A stretch of DNA of 64,000 bases from Macrostomum lignano (taxonomy: Eukaryota). Each line of letters begins with the position of its first letter. The first letter of the stretch is position 1. Shown piece after piece: positions 24,918 to 37,529 of this stretch. The notes beneath the pieces are model-generated. The model did no database searches. It worked only from the letters and a program-made list of their open reading frames with translations, and was not told the origin of the DNA. The translations under genes were made by a program, and so were the position numbers. The stretch lies in the NCBI GenBank assembly GCA_002269645.1, contig NIVC01003148.1, positions 1-64,000 of the forward strand, in the 5' to 3' direction.

Positions 24918-27593
24918 AGGTTTATTTTGTTGCATTTGTTAGAAATTGAATATCAATACGAATATCTATGGGGAAACAGATACGTCTAGCTACTAGCTAA
25001 GTAGTGGCGCCATTATACGCTCGTACAAACATAAATATGGCGAATAGGTTTTAGCAAATTAATAGGCCTAAGAACATACACCCCCCCTAGTATTGAATTT
25101 AAATGTCTTAAGTCTATTCTATTTTTTGTTGAATCTATATGTTTTTATTTTTTTAACATTTCATCTTACTGAAACAGTTTTAAATGTGATATTATCTAGA
25201 CTAGATATGCTTCTTTTAACCTATCACTATCAGCACAGCTAGAGTTATATCAAGGACTATATTTGTATGGTAGTCTAGTAGAGTATTAAAACTTGCTTAA
25301 TAGGCCCTACATAAACCTACTTATATAGTAGGCCTAACTAAGCCTAAGACTTAGCCATCTGTACCTATAGCAAAATAAGACTAGTTAGGCTAGTCACTAG
25401 GCCTAGGTCATGACCTATAACTATGGTTGTACTTGCATTTTCCACTGCACTAGCACTATACCAAATTTTATATTTTGTTTAGGCTTAGTGCAGTTGGACT
25501 ATAAACTCGAATAGCAGATATCTACAGCATGAAAAAAACTAGGCCTTAGTTAAAATTTTATTCAAACTAAATATACATATATATATATAGGCTTAGTAAT
25601 AAATAGTATCCAGACTCTAGTTCTAGTATATCTATTTTATATATAATATTAAAGTGAAAATTAACCTTCCTTTAGCTTTAAATAGCTTACAATATATATA
25701 TTACTTTGTTTAGGTTGCTAAGTAAAAATTAGCTCTTATGACACTAGTTGCATTTTTAGACACTTGTTATCTTATAAACTTTGTTATCCAAATAAATTGA
25801 ATCTATAATTATTTTTAACAGTGGATAATGAATTGACCAAACTTTAAAGCATGTCAATTGGCTAGTTGACAGCATGTTATATTTTCAAAGTAGATAACTA
25901 AAGTGTAAATTGACAAAGTGTTTAGTAACCACTAGTTGTCTAAGCTATATATCCAAATTTATCAACAATTGTTTTGCTTGTTAGTGTTTTATAAATTATT
26001 TCAAACATAACATGATTTAAACTAAATGAGAAACTAACTTTAATCTATTTTATATACAAAATTTGGCCTATTGCAAAAATAATATTTATATTAGGTCCTT
26101 ATTTATTTTGGTCTTTCTTTTCCCTATTTTCCTTTTATCTTTTGTTTCCTTTATTCTATTTTTATTAAATGACTTAGAATTATCATTTGTTAACTGTTGT
26201 GTATTTTAGTATTAAAAAATGAATTTGGCCTAGCCTTAGTACTTGTATCAACTCTTGTATATTTCTAGTATTATCTTTTTTGTCCTTTCTACTAGTTAGT
26301 GGCTATCTGTCCTTAGATTTCAAATAAATCTTAAAGATCAATTCAAATATAAAATGTTCATTCTATATTGTTTCTTTTCAATACTATGGTGCAAGCCCAA
26401 AATGCTGAAGCTGCCTTACTACTCAAGTATAATATAAAATCTCGTGGGATAGACTCACCTAGTCGCTCAATAAACCTACCTGCTCAAGCCCTTAAGACTG
26501 AAGTCTGTCTGGCCTATGAGCTGAAGTCAGCATATTCATTGTCCAAATTAGAAGAGATTTGTGGTTATCTACAAGCATGTTTTGTCACAACTATAATACT
26601 AATCTCTTATTACTTTGTTTTTTATATTACATCAACAAAGTGCTATAACTGTGATTAATTGCTGTTAATTTCTATTTTTTCTTTCATAGTTTAACTTTTT
26701 TAGGCTGTACATGCCCTTTAGCTATGTAAAATACCCTCCTATTTTTGTACCATACACCTCACCTGTGCTTTGTAACTTTCATTCGATGCCACAGTTGTAT
26801 TTGACAGTGTAACTTTGTATTCTTTTTTAGGCAAGGTTAAAGAAATTACATTTTTCCTATTGTAACACTTTTAGATTGAGGTGCGCTTGATGCCGACGCA
26901 CAAGTGAACAACATCGCGCTAGTATGTGCAACCTGATGTCATCATGGAATTCGCCTTTTGCCCGTTTCATCAGATGGAGCGCGCAGTTTTCATTTAGCGT
27001 CATCAGAGGCCGATTTTCCCTGACAGTCTTTATCGGCATTTATTAACGTCTGTCTGTCTCTGTCTGTCTGTCTCTCTCTATCTATGGACTGTCAGGGGAA
27101 ATGGTGTTTGGCTTGTCGAAGTAACGGCGTGACCTATTTCGCTTGGTTTTGTTCGTACTCCTTGACTGCTGCTCGTTCATCACCAGCTCCTAACTCATTG
27201 CCGCGGACCGCATGTAGGCCACGCGAGTTTGACTGTCTATTCTGCCAAAAAGTTTAGCTTCACGCGATGAGTTCGGTAATTCGATGGAAGAGTGACATTC
27301 ATTGATGACAGCCCCGTTTGTTGTTATTAACAGCAATACGCAATTCGATGGCGGCAAAATATGGACGCTACGTGCATGGTAAGCAGTTTATTTTCATCAA
27401 TTTAAGAATTCATTTGCATCTGTGGCATCGGTGATTGTTGTAGTAGTTGTTTTTTTTCTACATCAGTTTCTATTATTTGCATTCCTTTGCACAAATATAT
27501 GAGATTTATATAACTATACAAGCTTTATAAGTAGTCGTTGTGCTTATCAAAACAAAGAAGTTGTGAAATTGTTTGTGTTTTTAATTCTGTGAC

Positions 27594-27907
27594 CAGGGGC
27601 GTCGCCATGAATTTTATGGTGGGGGGGACAAAGCTAAGAATTTAATATTACATGTACATGACTAAATTTTGGCACTCCTTTTAGCGCCCCAGGCACTCCT
27701 TTTGGCGCCGCAGACATTCCTTTTAGCGCCACAGGCACTCATTTTGGCGCCGAAGGCAATCATTTTGGCGCCGAAGGTGCTGTTTTGGCGCCCTGAAGAA
27801 AAATTTCTGATTACATCACGACTCACAAGGTGGGGTGGGGGGACAAAGCATTGGCATGTCCCCCAGAGCTTTTACAGGGGGGACGTCCCTCGGTGGCGAC
27901 GCGCCTG
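27594..27907. mobile_element. MITE with CAGGGGCGTCGCCA-type TIRs
   Basis: caggggcgtcgcca ... tggcgacgcgcctg; internal ttttggcgcc repeats and a duplicated ggggggacaaagc. Flanks match only 5/8, so no clean TSD. Confidence 0.65.
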
Positions 27908-28599
27908 TTTGGGATTGGGACTGCATGGGTGTCCAATGTAAATCTCTGCACGATGCTCCTGTAGATCCCTCAAGTATACGAGCGTATTAGCTTTCAGATA
28001 AACGCTTATCCGTCAACTCGATACTAGCTTTAATAGTCAGACAGAAAGTACAAATGGTGGTGTAGCTTTGCGTTTTTGTGGTTTTTTTAGTTATTAAAGG
28101 TAAAAATGAATTCGCAAAGATTTAACTTCTCCACTCTCGTGAATTTGATTTCTGTGATTAATAGCACTAGCAGGCGTCCTGGGTTCGTACAGTGTTTTAT
28201 AACAACCAGCAGTTGGTGTTTTAAAAAAGTTAGTGCTGTTGGCATGCCAACTAGAAGCTCCAGAGACTATCAGACACTAGCATTTTAAACATCTCAATCA
28301 TGACTGTTTCGATTAACTTCCAGGCTGCTGATTTGAAAATAATTATCGATTAACTGTTACGTGAGAGTCGCTTAAGAGATTAAATGCTGAAGATTGAAAC
28401 GCAGAACTAGTGAAGATGCACTTAATTGAAGGCATTTCTTTATTTTCTTGATAGTGAGCCCATATCATAACTCCTAGTCTCTAAGCGTATGATCAGAACG
28501 CACATTCTTTCAATCTTAGAATCGCAGCTGAGTTCCATTCTCTTCTCTTACTCTTAGTAGGCTAGCTTTCAGTATTCAGTATTCTTTTTACTATTTAAA

Positions 28600-30210
28600 A
28601 GGACATCCACCTGGTCCTGCACAGACAGAGGAAGGCGGCGCTGGTTGTGCCGGTGCGGCCACGTTCCTGCCCCCAGTTCAATCTAGGTGCTGTAGCAGCT
28701 CCGTCGTGCCCAGGTGGTACTCGTGCTTAGCGAACAAGTCCTCGTTGCGCTCTAGCAGCTGCCGTATCCGGTCCAGGTACCTGTAGCTCTGCGTTGATGT
28801 TCCACCCGACGGGGGTCTCGTGAGCCGTCTCCTTGTGACCCTCCCCGTCGGGCATTGCGCCTTCGAAAGTGTCGACTGCCTTGTTGGCGTACAGTAGCAC
28901 GGGCTCCTCCACCAGATTGTACATTTTAACCGGTATGCGACACTCGTCCGAGGCCACCTGAGCCATTGAACACTCGGCACTAGGCAACAGTCGGCCCGGA
29001 TTGGCTTACTGCTGAAGGGCACCGTGGTGCCATCGAACTTGACAATCGATACCCTCTTTTTAATTCAATGGCCATCGCCTGCGACACCTGGCCTATGGAG
29101 TCCATGCCGGATGGATGCCGTCCACTACCGTGAAGCGATGACGCACTCGGATGGTTTTGCCAATTGTTACACATACACTGCCGACTGGCTGAAGCAGCGT
29201 AGCCTCAAGCCGTAAACCGCTGTCAGCAAGGCATCAAAATTAGTGGAGTCGATCTGACAGGCCAGTCTGTCGAAGAAGGACTTATCCATCAATGAAACTT
29301 GGGCGCCAGTGTCGAGCAGAGACGGCGCTGTCAGACTGCCGAGACGCACCGAAGACGGAAGGCGCGACGCGGGCCCCTTTAGAGTGGGTCGGTGCTGGCC
29401 CAAGGCTGCCAACCCTCAGAAGTTTCCCTGCGGCTTGTCAGCTGGTGTCGGCACACCGCTGCGGTGTGGCCCTTGCCTGAGCACCGGCTGCAACGACTGC
29501 CGATCATCTTCGGGCACCGCCTGGCGATGTGGCCCAGCTCGCCGCAGCAGTATCACTTGATGCCAACCTTGTGACATCTGTCCCTGTCGTATGAGCCCGC
29601 TCGGATGCTGGCTGTCGCTGCTGCATTTGCTGCTCCAGCTAGCTTATCATCTTGTCCTCCAACTGCTACAGAAGCTGCTGAAGCCGAACTCAAGTGGCCC
29701 ACCTGCTCAAGTCACGCAGCTCGGTCGACGGTATCTGCGAGCGAGCACGAGTCAGCGTCCTTGTCCTTCAGCAGCGCATCTCTCACGACCGCTGGGAGGA
29801 GGCGCATCAAGCGAAACTCCAAATCCTTTTTCTCGGGCTGCTACAGAGTCATCCGGGCGAGCGCGAAGGTTGAGAAGCTTCAGGTTGTAGGCCAGCTCCC
29901 TCAGTGATTCGTTTGGCTGCCGCTTTCGCTCTTTGTAGCAGCTCAGGCTGATGCCGAAGCTCCCGATCAACTTTTACTTCACCTGCTCGTAGCTGGCTGC
30001 CACGTCCACCGGCTGCTCCCAGACGAAGCTTGGCGCTTCGCCTGTCACCAGCAGTTTCAGCTTCTCGCCTTCTTCTTATCGTCCCATTCGCAGTCATCCG
30101 TGAAGTCCTCAAACGTGCTGAGCCACATTCTCACAGTGGATTCGCCGCTAAACTTTGGAGGCTTGCTCTGATTTGGCCATGATGAAACGGCTGCCATCAG
30201 AGCGTGGTTT
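28600..30210 (-). pseudogene. Degenerate Gypsy gag-protease(-RT start) relic
   Basis: PKFSGESTV..WL..FEDF gag start, ERKRQPNESLRELAYNLK, protease SLLDTGAQVSLM, LLERNEDLFAKHEYHLG; many frameshifts. Confidence 0.8.
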
Positions 30211-30524
30211 CGAGAATGAGTAACCAAATAGCGTGAGTCTCACCTCACTGCGCATGCCAATATATTTTTTGGCATGTGCAATAAGCCTTCGGGGCCGCGC
30301 AATAAGCAAGGAGCAATATAAAACAAATAAAAAAGCACATTTTCTTAAGAACCAATTCCTTCTTCAGTTTTATAAATCACCTTTTTCGAGTAAAATTGTC
30401 ACGGACAAAGATGTTTGCTATGAATCTCTTTTTTTAAATTAACAGAAAGACAACAAAATATGGTTTTCACGAAGATTCTCCCTAAATTCCCCCTAAATTT
30501 CACAAAGACACAGACATTCCTCCT

Positions 30525-30835
30525 AAATAGAAAGCATCCCCAAGACAGCAAGCATTCCCCCAGATAGCCAGATAGCAAGCCTCCACGCAGATAGCAAGCC
30601 TCCACGCAGATAGCAATCATCCTCCAAGATAGCAAGCATCCCCCAGATAGCAGCATCCTGCAGATAGCAAGCATCCACCCAGATAGCAAGCATCCTCAAA
30701 GATAGTAAGCATCCCCCCCCCCAGATAGCAAGCATTCTGCAGATAGCAAGCATCCTCAAAGATAGTAAGCATCCCCCCCCCAGATAGCAAGCATTCTGCA
30801 GATAGCAAGCATTCTGCAGATAGCAAGCATTCTTG
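30525..30835. repeat. Degenerate ~11-12-bp minisatellite (gatagcaagcat-based)
   Basis: gatagcaagc recurs more than 12 times with variable C-runs. Confidence 0.8.
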
Positions 30836-30842
30836 GTGCAGT

Positions 30843-31218
30843 AGTGCAGTAATCCTTGGTTTATCAAGTGCAGTAATCCTTGGTTTATCAAGTGCAGTAA
30901 TCCTTGGTTTATCAAGTGCAGTAATCCTTGGTTTATCAAGTGCAATAATCCTTGGTTTATCAAGTGCAGTAACCCTTGGTTTATCAAGTGCAGTAATCCT
31001 TGGTTTATCAAGTGCAGTAATCCTTGGTTTATCAAGTGCAGTAATCCTTGGTTTATCAAGTGCAGTAATCCTTGGTTTATCAAGTGCAGTAATCCTTGGT
31101 TTATCAAGTGCAATAATCCTTGGTTTATCAAGTGCAGTAACCCTTGGTTTATCAAGTGCAGTAATCCTTGGTTTATCAAGTGCAGTAACCCTTGGTTTAT
31201 CAAGTACAGTAATCCTTG
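30843..31218. repeat. 24-bp tandem array (gtgcagtaatccttggtttatcaa), ~15 copies
   Basis: Head-to-tail near-perfect units with no spacers. Confidence 0.95.
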
Positions 31219-32949
31219 TAGATACTTAAATAAAGAAAAATTAAGACACAGAAATAGCCTACTTGGAATAAGATCCAGAAGAAATGAGACTCGGGTGCGA
31301 TTTCTAGGATTGAAGTAGTTCTCATCATATTATAAAACTTCTGGAATACGCTACGAGTAACACTAAGCTACTTCATGGTTCTTCATGAAGTACTTCATGG
31401 TTTGAATCAAGTACATTTGCCACAGGATGGATGGGAAACTCGAACAATCCAGTGTAAATGAACTTCAACAAGTCGTGGCCCTTGTCTTTGCAAGGAGGAA
31501 GGCAGAGGCAAAGTGGTTGACCGTCTCGCAAAATTCATCAAGTTTGGCTCCGTTACTCTTGACGATTGCAGAACAGTTCCTGCAAAGGTCTAAAACGGCC
31601 CACAAGGGAATGTGTGACCAGACTGACTAATTTCTACAAAGCTGCACCTAGACCCAAGAACCCAGGACCATAATGACCATTTCCTATAGCTTCTTCGGTT
31701 GTGCTCAAAGCCGTCTTAAGGGGGTGAAGAGACAGAAGCAGTTAAATCTGAGGGAGATTGTGTAGCGTCTACTGCATTTTAGTGATATTTTCGGTTGCTT
31801 CTGGAACCCATCTTGGTGATTGCGCGCTGCAGTGAATTAAACGTCTTGATAAAATAGTTTCTATCTATGCTAAAATACTACGCTCGTAGAAGTAAACAAT
31901 TCAGAATTGGCAGTAAATCGGGTATAAACTTAATTTACAATGGTAGCAATTGTAGCGAAAAATAGTTGAATACACCAATGCATAAACCACGCTGGTTTTC
32001 ATCCTAAGATACATTTAAGGACAAACAATATTTGATGCATGCTTCAAGTGCTTTTTCTACATGTATAGTCTGACATGTAGCTTACCTTCCTAATTCTGTT
32101 ACATTTCACTGTTACGCTCGAATATGTAAGTAATAAATTTAGTGTGTGTCTGCACTGCATGCAGCTCGTGATTTTTTTTATAAAGTATTTAAAGAACGAA
32201 GAAAGTACTGTTGATTTTATTGTCTATCAGGTTAATTCTTCGGTTGCGTAATTGCTTCAGCTACTTTAAATACTGCTTTTACAACATCAATATTGTTTTG
32301 ATGTGTGCATGATGTAATTTTTCTTGAATTGATTTGCTACCACTGATAGCTGAAACAGAAGGTACGCGTCCAATTGGAGCAATGCTCTCCTTTTTGTGTA
32401 AATATCAATAGATGTTATCTAACTTGGGAAAATACTCTTATATTTTCAAGAGCGGCCTTCCAGATCTAGAGAGGCATTCGCGCAGTTAGGTGATCGCGAT
32501 GATGGCGATAAACAGTTACTCAACAACACCTTTGTCTCTCGTCAGCTAATCAAACGGTAATTTTTATATGCGTCCCCCCAGGTTTTAAGCCTGACAGCTT
32601 TGATTGCAAACGCAGTCCGGGTAGCCCAAGGCAACAGTAAACAGACCGCTGCAGAATGCACTACCCGTTCGGAATATTTTTCGGCACAAGTTTGAGCAAA
32701 TCGCGTTTAGACGAGCCGATCGAAGTGGATCTGCGGGTGGAACACGGATAAGTGGGCAATTGTTTGAGATACTTCAGTGTAGCATTGAGAAACGTTGAGA
32801 CAATAATGATTATTTAAGAGTTAATTTTATGATAGACTTTTATGCTATTTACACGTACATACATGTAGGCCATCATGCATCTGTAGCAGTGGTCGGCAGA
32901 ATATTTTACCTTGATGGCCTGATAGAGAACATAGAGATTGACCGCGGGC

Positions 32950-33325
32950 CGTAGGAGGGAAGAGAAGAGAGGGAATGAAAAAGAGAGAAGGGAGATAAGA
33001 GAAGGGAAAAGCAATAAAATAAAGGAGAAGAGAGGAGTGGAGAGAAGAAGAGAAGAGGAGAGGATGAGAGAAATGAGGGAGAAAAGAGGAGAGGGAAGAC
33101 AGAAGACAAGACGAGAGGAGAGGAGAGGAGAGAGATGAAAGAAAAGAGGAGAGAGGAGATGAAAGAGATGATAGAGAAGAGAAGAGAGGAGATGAGAGGA
33201 GAGAGGAGATGAGAGAGATAATAGAGAAGAGAAGAGAGGAGATGAGAGGAGAGAGGAGATGAGAGAGATAATAGAGAAGAAAAGAGAGGAGAGAAGACAA
33301 GAGAGGAGAGGAGAGAGGAAGAGAG
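32950..33325 (+). repeat. Polypurine (GA-rich) tract with internal short duplications
   Basis: gagaggagatgagaggagagaggagatgagagagataatagagaag is repeated. Confidence 0.85.
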
Positions 33326-34308
33326 TACATTAGAAATAAAAGCGCGGACAAGAGATACATGTATAAACATTGATCGGGCCAGATTGCTATCACTGAAGTT
33401 TCAAAAGACTCGAAATTAAATTCTCCGACTGGCTACAGCTCGTCTCAAAAAAGTTTATTTTTTATGCTTACTATTGCCTACTATATCTGAATGTTATGAA
33501 AGGTAGCTATTCCAAACACGAGTATAATTTCAACATTTGTGTGCGTCGTAGTTTAAACAAAGCTGTCGGCCCTTTGGCGATAATATTAAAGCGGCACAGA
33601 GTTTATTCAAGCATAGGAAATTATAACATAAGTGAGAGGCTGAGAACGAAAGCTTAAGAACGTATAGATGCTGGTTGCTACCATAGACATAACGAGGATA
33701 TGGGTAAAGTGCAACAACGCTAGCTCTAGCTAGCAGCTACTACCACAGTGTGACTCTGAAAAAGTGGCGCTTCAACCTCAACATTTACGAGCAGTTTCTT
33801 TTAGGCAACTCATGAGCTTCAATGATCTGATGGCTCCAGTCGAAATATTGAAATATTATATCCTTCAAAGAGGGTATATGGTGTGTAAGCAAACGAAAGT
33901 CCTTCCCAGCACGTGACAGAAGTATTAAAAGTCGTGTAAGTGTAACACAAAAAGGCGATTCCGAGTATCATGCTATCGTGCATTACCTCAGCTTTTAAGC
34001 CTGCAGGATTTGATTCTTTGAGCGTGCCTAGCAAGATAATATAGGATATCAACTTGAAACTACGATACTTTGCTTGATTGATAGACAGCAAAATTTTATT
34101 GCCTTTCACGTCTTGACATTGCCTTGACACGTCTTTCAGTGTTTTTTCAGGACTGGTTTGCCCAGAGGTCGTTAAAGGAGTCCCTGAGTCAAGAGGTTTA
34201 AAGAGTTTTAACAACAACAAAAAGTAGTTCGCAATTTTTGCGTGGTGCTGTTTACTGGAAATGCCTATATAGGGTTCTATCATTCTATAAGAAAACGGAA
34301 TCTTTAAT

Positions 34309-36526
34309 TGATGTAACCGCCCTTGTCGCCTGCCCGCTCCTATTGAGAGACGAACGCTTGGCTAGAGGGGGCAATGACCGTAGGCTGCCTATGACCGGGC
34401 AATGACCTGACGGACCTCCAGCACCAGACTGTCCCGCCCACATGATTAGTAGCTTTGGTAGCGCTTCGTGACCAGAGGGCCAAGGACCCACATGGACCCC
34501 ACCTGTAGCCAAGGTGCAATAGTTGGTCACTCGGTCATGGTATGACCGAGTGGCTGCCACCACTCTATGTGACCTGGCGCACCTGGATCTTTCTACCAGA
34601 CCTCTCGAGGCTAGAGCCCCGCCTGGATTGGTTACCAGGGGATTTAGGCTAACAGGGGAGACGCATGCAGCCGAGTACAGGGACTCTGCTTGGGGCATGA
34701 TCGGGAACTCTGGGCTCAATCCTGGTCCTGGAGGATTTCTCAGCAGGGGATCCTTTGTGGCTGTGAGCGAGGCTGACTTGCGACTTTGATTACTAAGAGT
34801 AGTATGAGGCGAACATGTACTGTCTCTAGTTTAGATTGCTCAGGGCGAAGGGACGCGTTAGCATGGGGTTGCAACCTTCCTACTGCCATTCTGTGCCAAG
34901 ACTCGCTAATTACCCTCCACTGCACGCACACGCGGCCCCGCAGCACGCACTCACAGGCGGGCTTTGCACGGGGAGAGGTCATTAGCTTACCCAAACTTCC
35001 CTATGCTTTGCCACCCCGGGAGAAAGGCTTAGCAAGCCATGAGTTAAATGATGGTGAGAGATTGAATAATGATGGAGTTAGTTAGTAGTTAGTAATTAGG
35101 CCTTTAGGCGAATAATTAGGCAATTAGGCGGCTTCACTATTGAGTAAAATACAGCAAAAAGTTACGGTATCACAATTGGCTCAGCTCTCTAATCAGACAA
35201 TGGAAAATAGGCAAACCCCGAATAAGCAAAGGCAATTAGAGCACAAATTAGTAACAGGAACTTACCGGCAGCTGCACAGAGAGAGAGAGAGAGGCGGAGT
35301 GACCGAGGGCGGCTGTAGGCTGCAGTCAGGCAGACCGTGAAGCGGCGATGCGCTGGAGCGACGAGGCGCTGATGTAGATCAGGCGATGCTGATGATGCTG
35401 GGCGGTATCAGACCGCTGGCCGATAGGCGAGCTCACTTGGGGAGCTAAGGATAACTTGGCGGTAACAGACCGCGGACCGGCAGGGATTCGTCCTATAGAC
35501 GAATGGGTCAGAACTCAATCTGACAGCAAGTCCAAAGAAGGACGAGGAGAGGAAGAGGTGAGGATTCTCATGCCGAAATCGCTTCCTTTTATAGACCTCA
35601 CAGCCGCCTCCTCAAGGTCGTTACCATGGCTCCCTCTCTCTGATTGGCTGCCGGCAGAATGACGTCAGAATGAGTCATGATGAGAAGCATGAGACCGGCA
35701 TAGCAACATGAGAAATCGGGAAATTGCGCAATCCGGAGGTGGGGTGGGGGGATAATTGGCGCAGCGGGAGGTCGCGAAAGTATTGCGCAAGCAAACATTG
35801 AGAACAAAAGGGCTGGGGTCGAGAACAAAGGAGTTGGAAAACGGGGATAATTGGGGAGAACTGGGAACAATGGAAAAGTAAACATTGGGGAAAAGGTGAT
35901 AATTAGGTGCGAAAACGAGAACAAAAGAAAGAGAAAATCGGAGAAAATGTGATAATTGGTGGGGGTCGAGAGAACAAAAGAATCAAAAACGAGAACAATA
36001 GAAGCGGAGGTGGGGTGGGTGTCGCGTGAGAAATTTGGGGAGGAGAACAATGGCGTGAGAAAAGGTTGCGCAAGAGAGGGGGGTGAGTCATCGATGAGTC
36101 ATCGGGGGGAAGAAGGGGTCACACGACTTGCGTCACCGTTTGGGAGTTTGGGAGGGGATGGGGAGACGGTGAGCACACAACATACTGTAAGTAGACACAG
36201 GGAAAGAGGGGACAGCGCAGGAAAAGAGTGCAGAGGGAGACAAAAAGAGGGGAGATAGGGAAATTACAGAAAGAATAGGGCGGAAAACAGAAGAGATAGG
36301 GTAGAGGGGGAGGTACAGAAAGGGGTAGGGGGCTCCGGAAAGGCAGGTGTGGCGGCAGGGGAGACGGGACCAAGGCAGCAGGAGGGGTGCAGCAGAGCGG
36401 GAGTCTCCAGGCCCGGTCGGAGACCTGGCCGAGTCTCGACAGCTCTGTGCAGAGGGTGCACGGGATAGGAGGCACTTTCGAAAAAGTTCCCATGTCCTAT
36501 CCCGCGACCAGAGCGTGGTTACATCA
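34309..36526 (-). mobile_element. Solo LTR (2218 bp, copy 2, uninterrupted)
   Basis: TGATGTAACC...GGTTACATCA termini, 4-bp TSD taat (34305-34308, 36527-36530); colinear with copy 1 with scattered substitutions and indels. Confidence 0.9.
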
Positions 36527-36718
36527 TAATGTCCATGTACTTAGTGCAACTGCAATTAGCTATGCTTTTTAAAAAAGGTAGGTTTCGAAGAGTCTGCGTC
36601 TTGTTCGGGAAGCAGGGCGCAGTGCAGTAATAAAAACTTTTTTACCTGGCCAGATGAGATCGAGAGGAGTCGGGAGACAAGAGATGCGAAATAAGATAAG
36701 ATGTGCTATTGTACTATA

Positions 36719-37295
36719 CCTTTTTGCGATCTATACGAGTCGTAGTGTGCCAAAACTGCAATCAATTTTGCCTGCGGAAAAATATCACTTATAATTTTGC
36801 TGTCTAGGCCAAGTCTGCTCAGTCATGACCAGTTTCAGCCACAGACAACTCTTTGAAAACTGCAATCAATTTTGCCAAAACTGCGACCTAGTTTGCCCAT
36901 AGCAAGCCAAGAAAAATTTTTATTGAGGATCAATTCGGAAGTGTGACGAAATAAACTGTAACAGTGAACAATAAACAGAACAATAAATGCTCTCAATCAT
37001 AGCATTGTTAAGGGACCTCCGCTTGGCACCTCCGCGAGGCAGAGGCTCTATACGACCGGTTGCGTTGGATTGTCCAACTATATGTAAGTCACGGTTCTTC
37101 GTGAGATGCCCAACAGCCTACCGAAATCTTGCCAGTCCTCTCCATCCTGATATGCTTTGAATCAATCGCTGCCGGTCCTTCGCTGAAATCCTGTTATAAG
37201 GTCCACGCTGGGCCATTCTTTGATCTTGCTATGTATGTCTGTGGTGTTTTCTTTGCTATGGGCAAACTAGGTCGCTTTTTTGGCAAAATTGATTG
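36719..37295 (-). mobile_element. IS630/Tc1-like transposon fragment (N-terminal HTH) with subterminal inverted repeats
   Basis: Starts ta|cctttttgcg like 54473. Minus-strand QRGPYNRISAKDRQRLI / DWQDFGRLLGISRRTV...PRGG is homologous to the ORF at 54630. Inverted repeat ~36870-36910 vs ~37250-37290. Confidence 0.6.
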
Positions 37296-37407
37296 AAATC
37301 AGCCGAATTTTGAAGCATATTTTCGTGTTCCAACTTAAACATTTACAATATTTCTGGTCTTTGTAGTTTTTTAATCGATGAAAAACTTTGATCAAATATA
37401 CTTACCC

Positions 37408-37529
37408 TCACCCCCAGTGACAACTCTCTTATCCGCGATGTTCTGCGCATCATCGAAAAGACGAAATGATTCAACGTTGTTCACCATTCCGATGACGAAT
37501 CCGAAACAGATTAAAATTGACAGCATTCG
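37408..37529 (-). CDS. Possible first coding exon of a secreted protein
   Basis: MLSILICFGFVIGMVNNVES is signal-peptide-like and ends at a strong donor gagg|gtaagt. Downstream exons not identified. Confidence 0.3.

Larger units (their letters stand above)
16968..24985. mobile_element. Foldback/NOF-like Mutator (MULE) DNA transposon, ~8.0 kb, with tandem-repeat inverted arms
   Basis: ~69-bp unique terminal inverted repeat (acgtatctgtttccccatagatattcg... / ...cgaatatctatggggaaacagatacgt), then inverted arrays of a 183-bp unit. Possible degenerate 9-bp TSD tcagctacc / ctagctact. Internal MULE transposase gene. Confidence 0.8.

Noticed and set aside
17018-24935. Long repetitive ORFs (421-549 aa) in the 183-bp arrays
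   Set aside because: The unit length is a multiple of 3 and is stop-free in two overlapping frames; no domain signal. These are by-products of the tandem repeat.
26950-27010. Two minus-strand CTGATGA motifs as hammerheads
   Set aside because: The first lacks a pairing stem II; the second is followed by CGAAT, not GAAA plus stem III.
30843-31218. 24-bp repeat as a CRISPR array, and the INQGLLHL ORF
   Set aside because: Units are head-to-tail with no unique spacers, there are no cas genes, and the context is eukaryotic.
30232-31292. gagtctca/tgagactc as termini enclosing the two minisatellites
   Set aside because: 8-bp match only, with no TSD.
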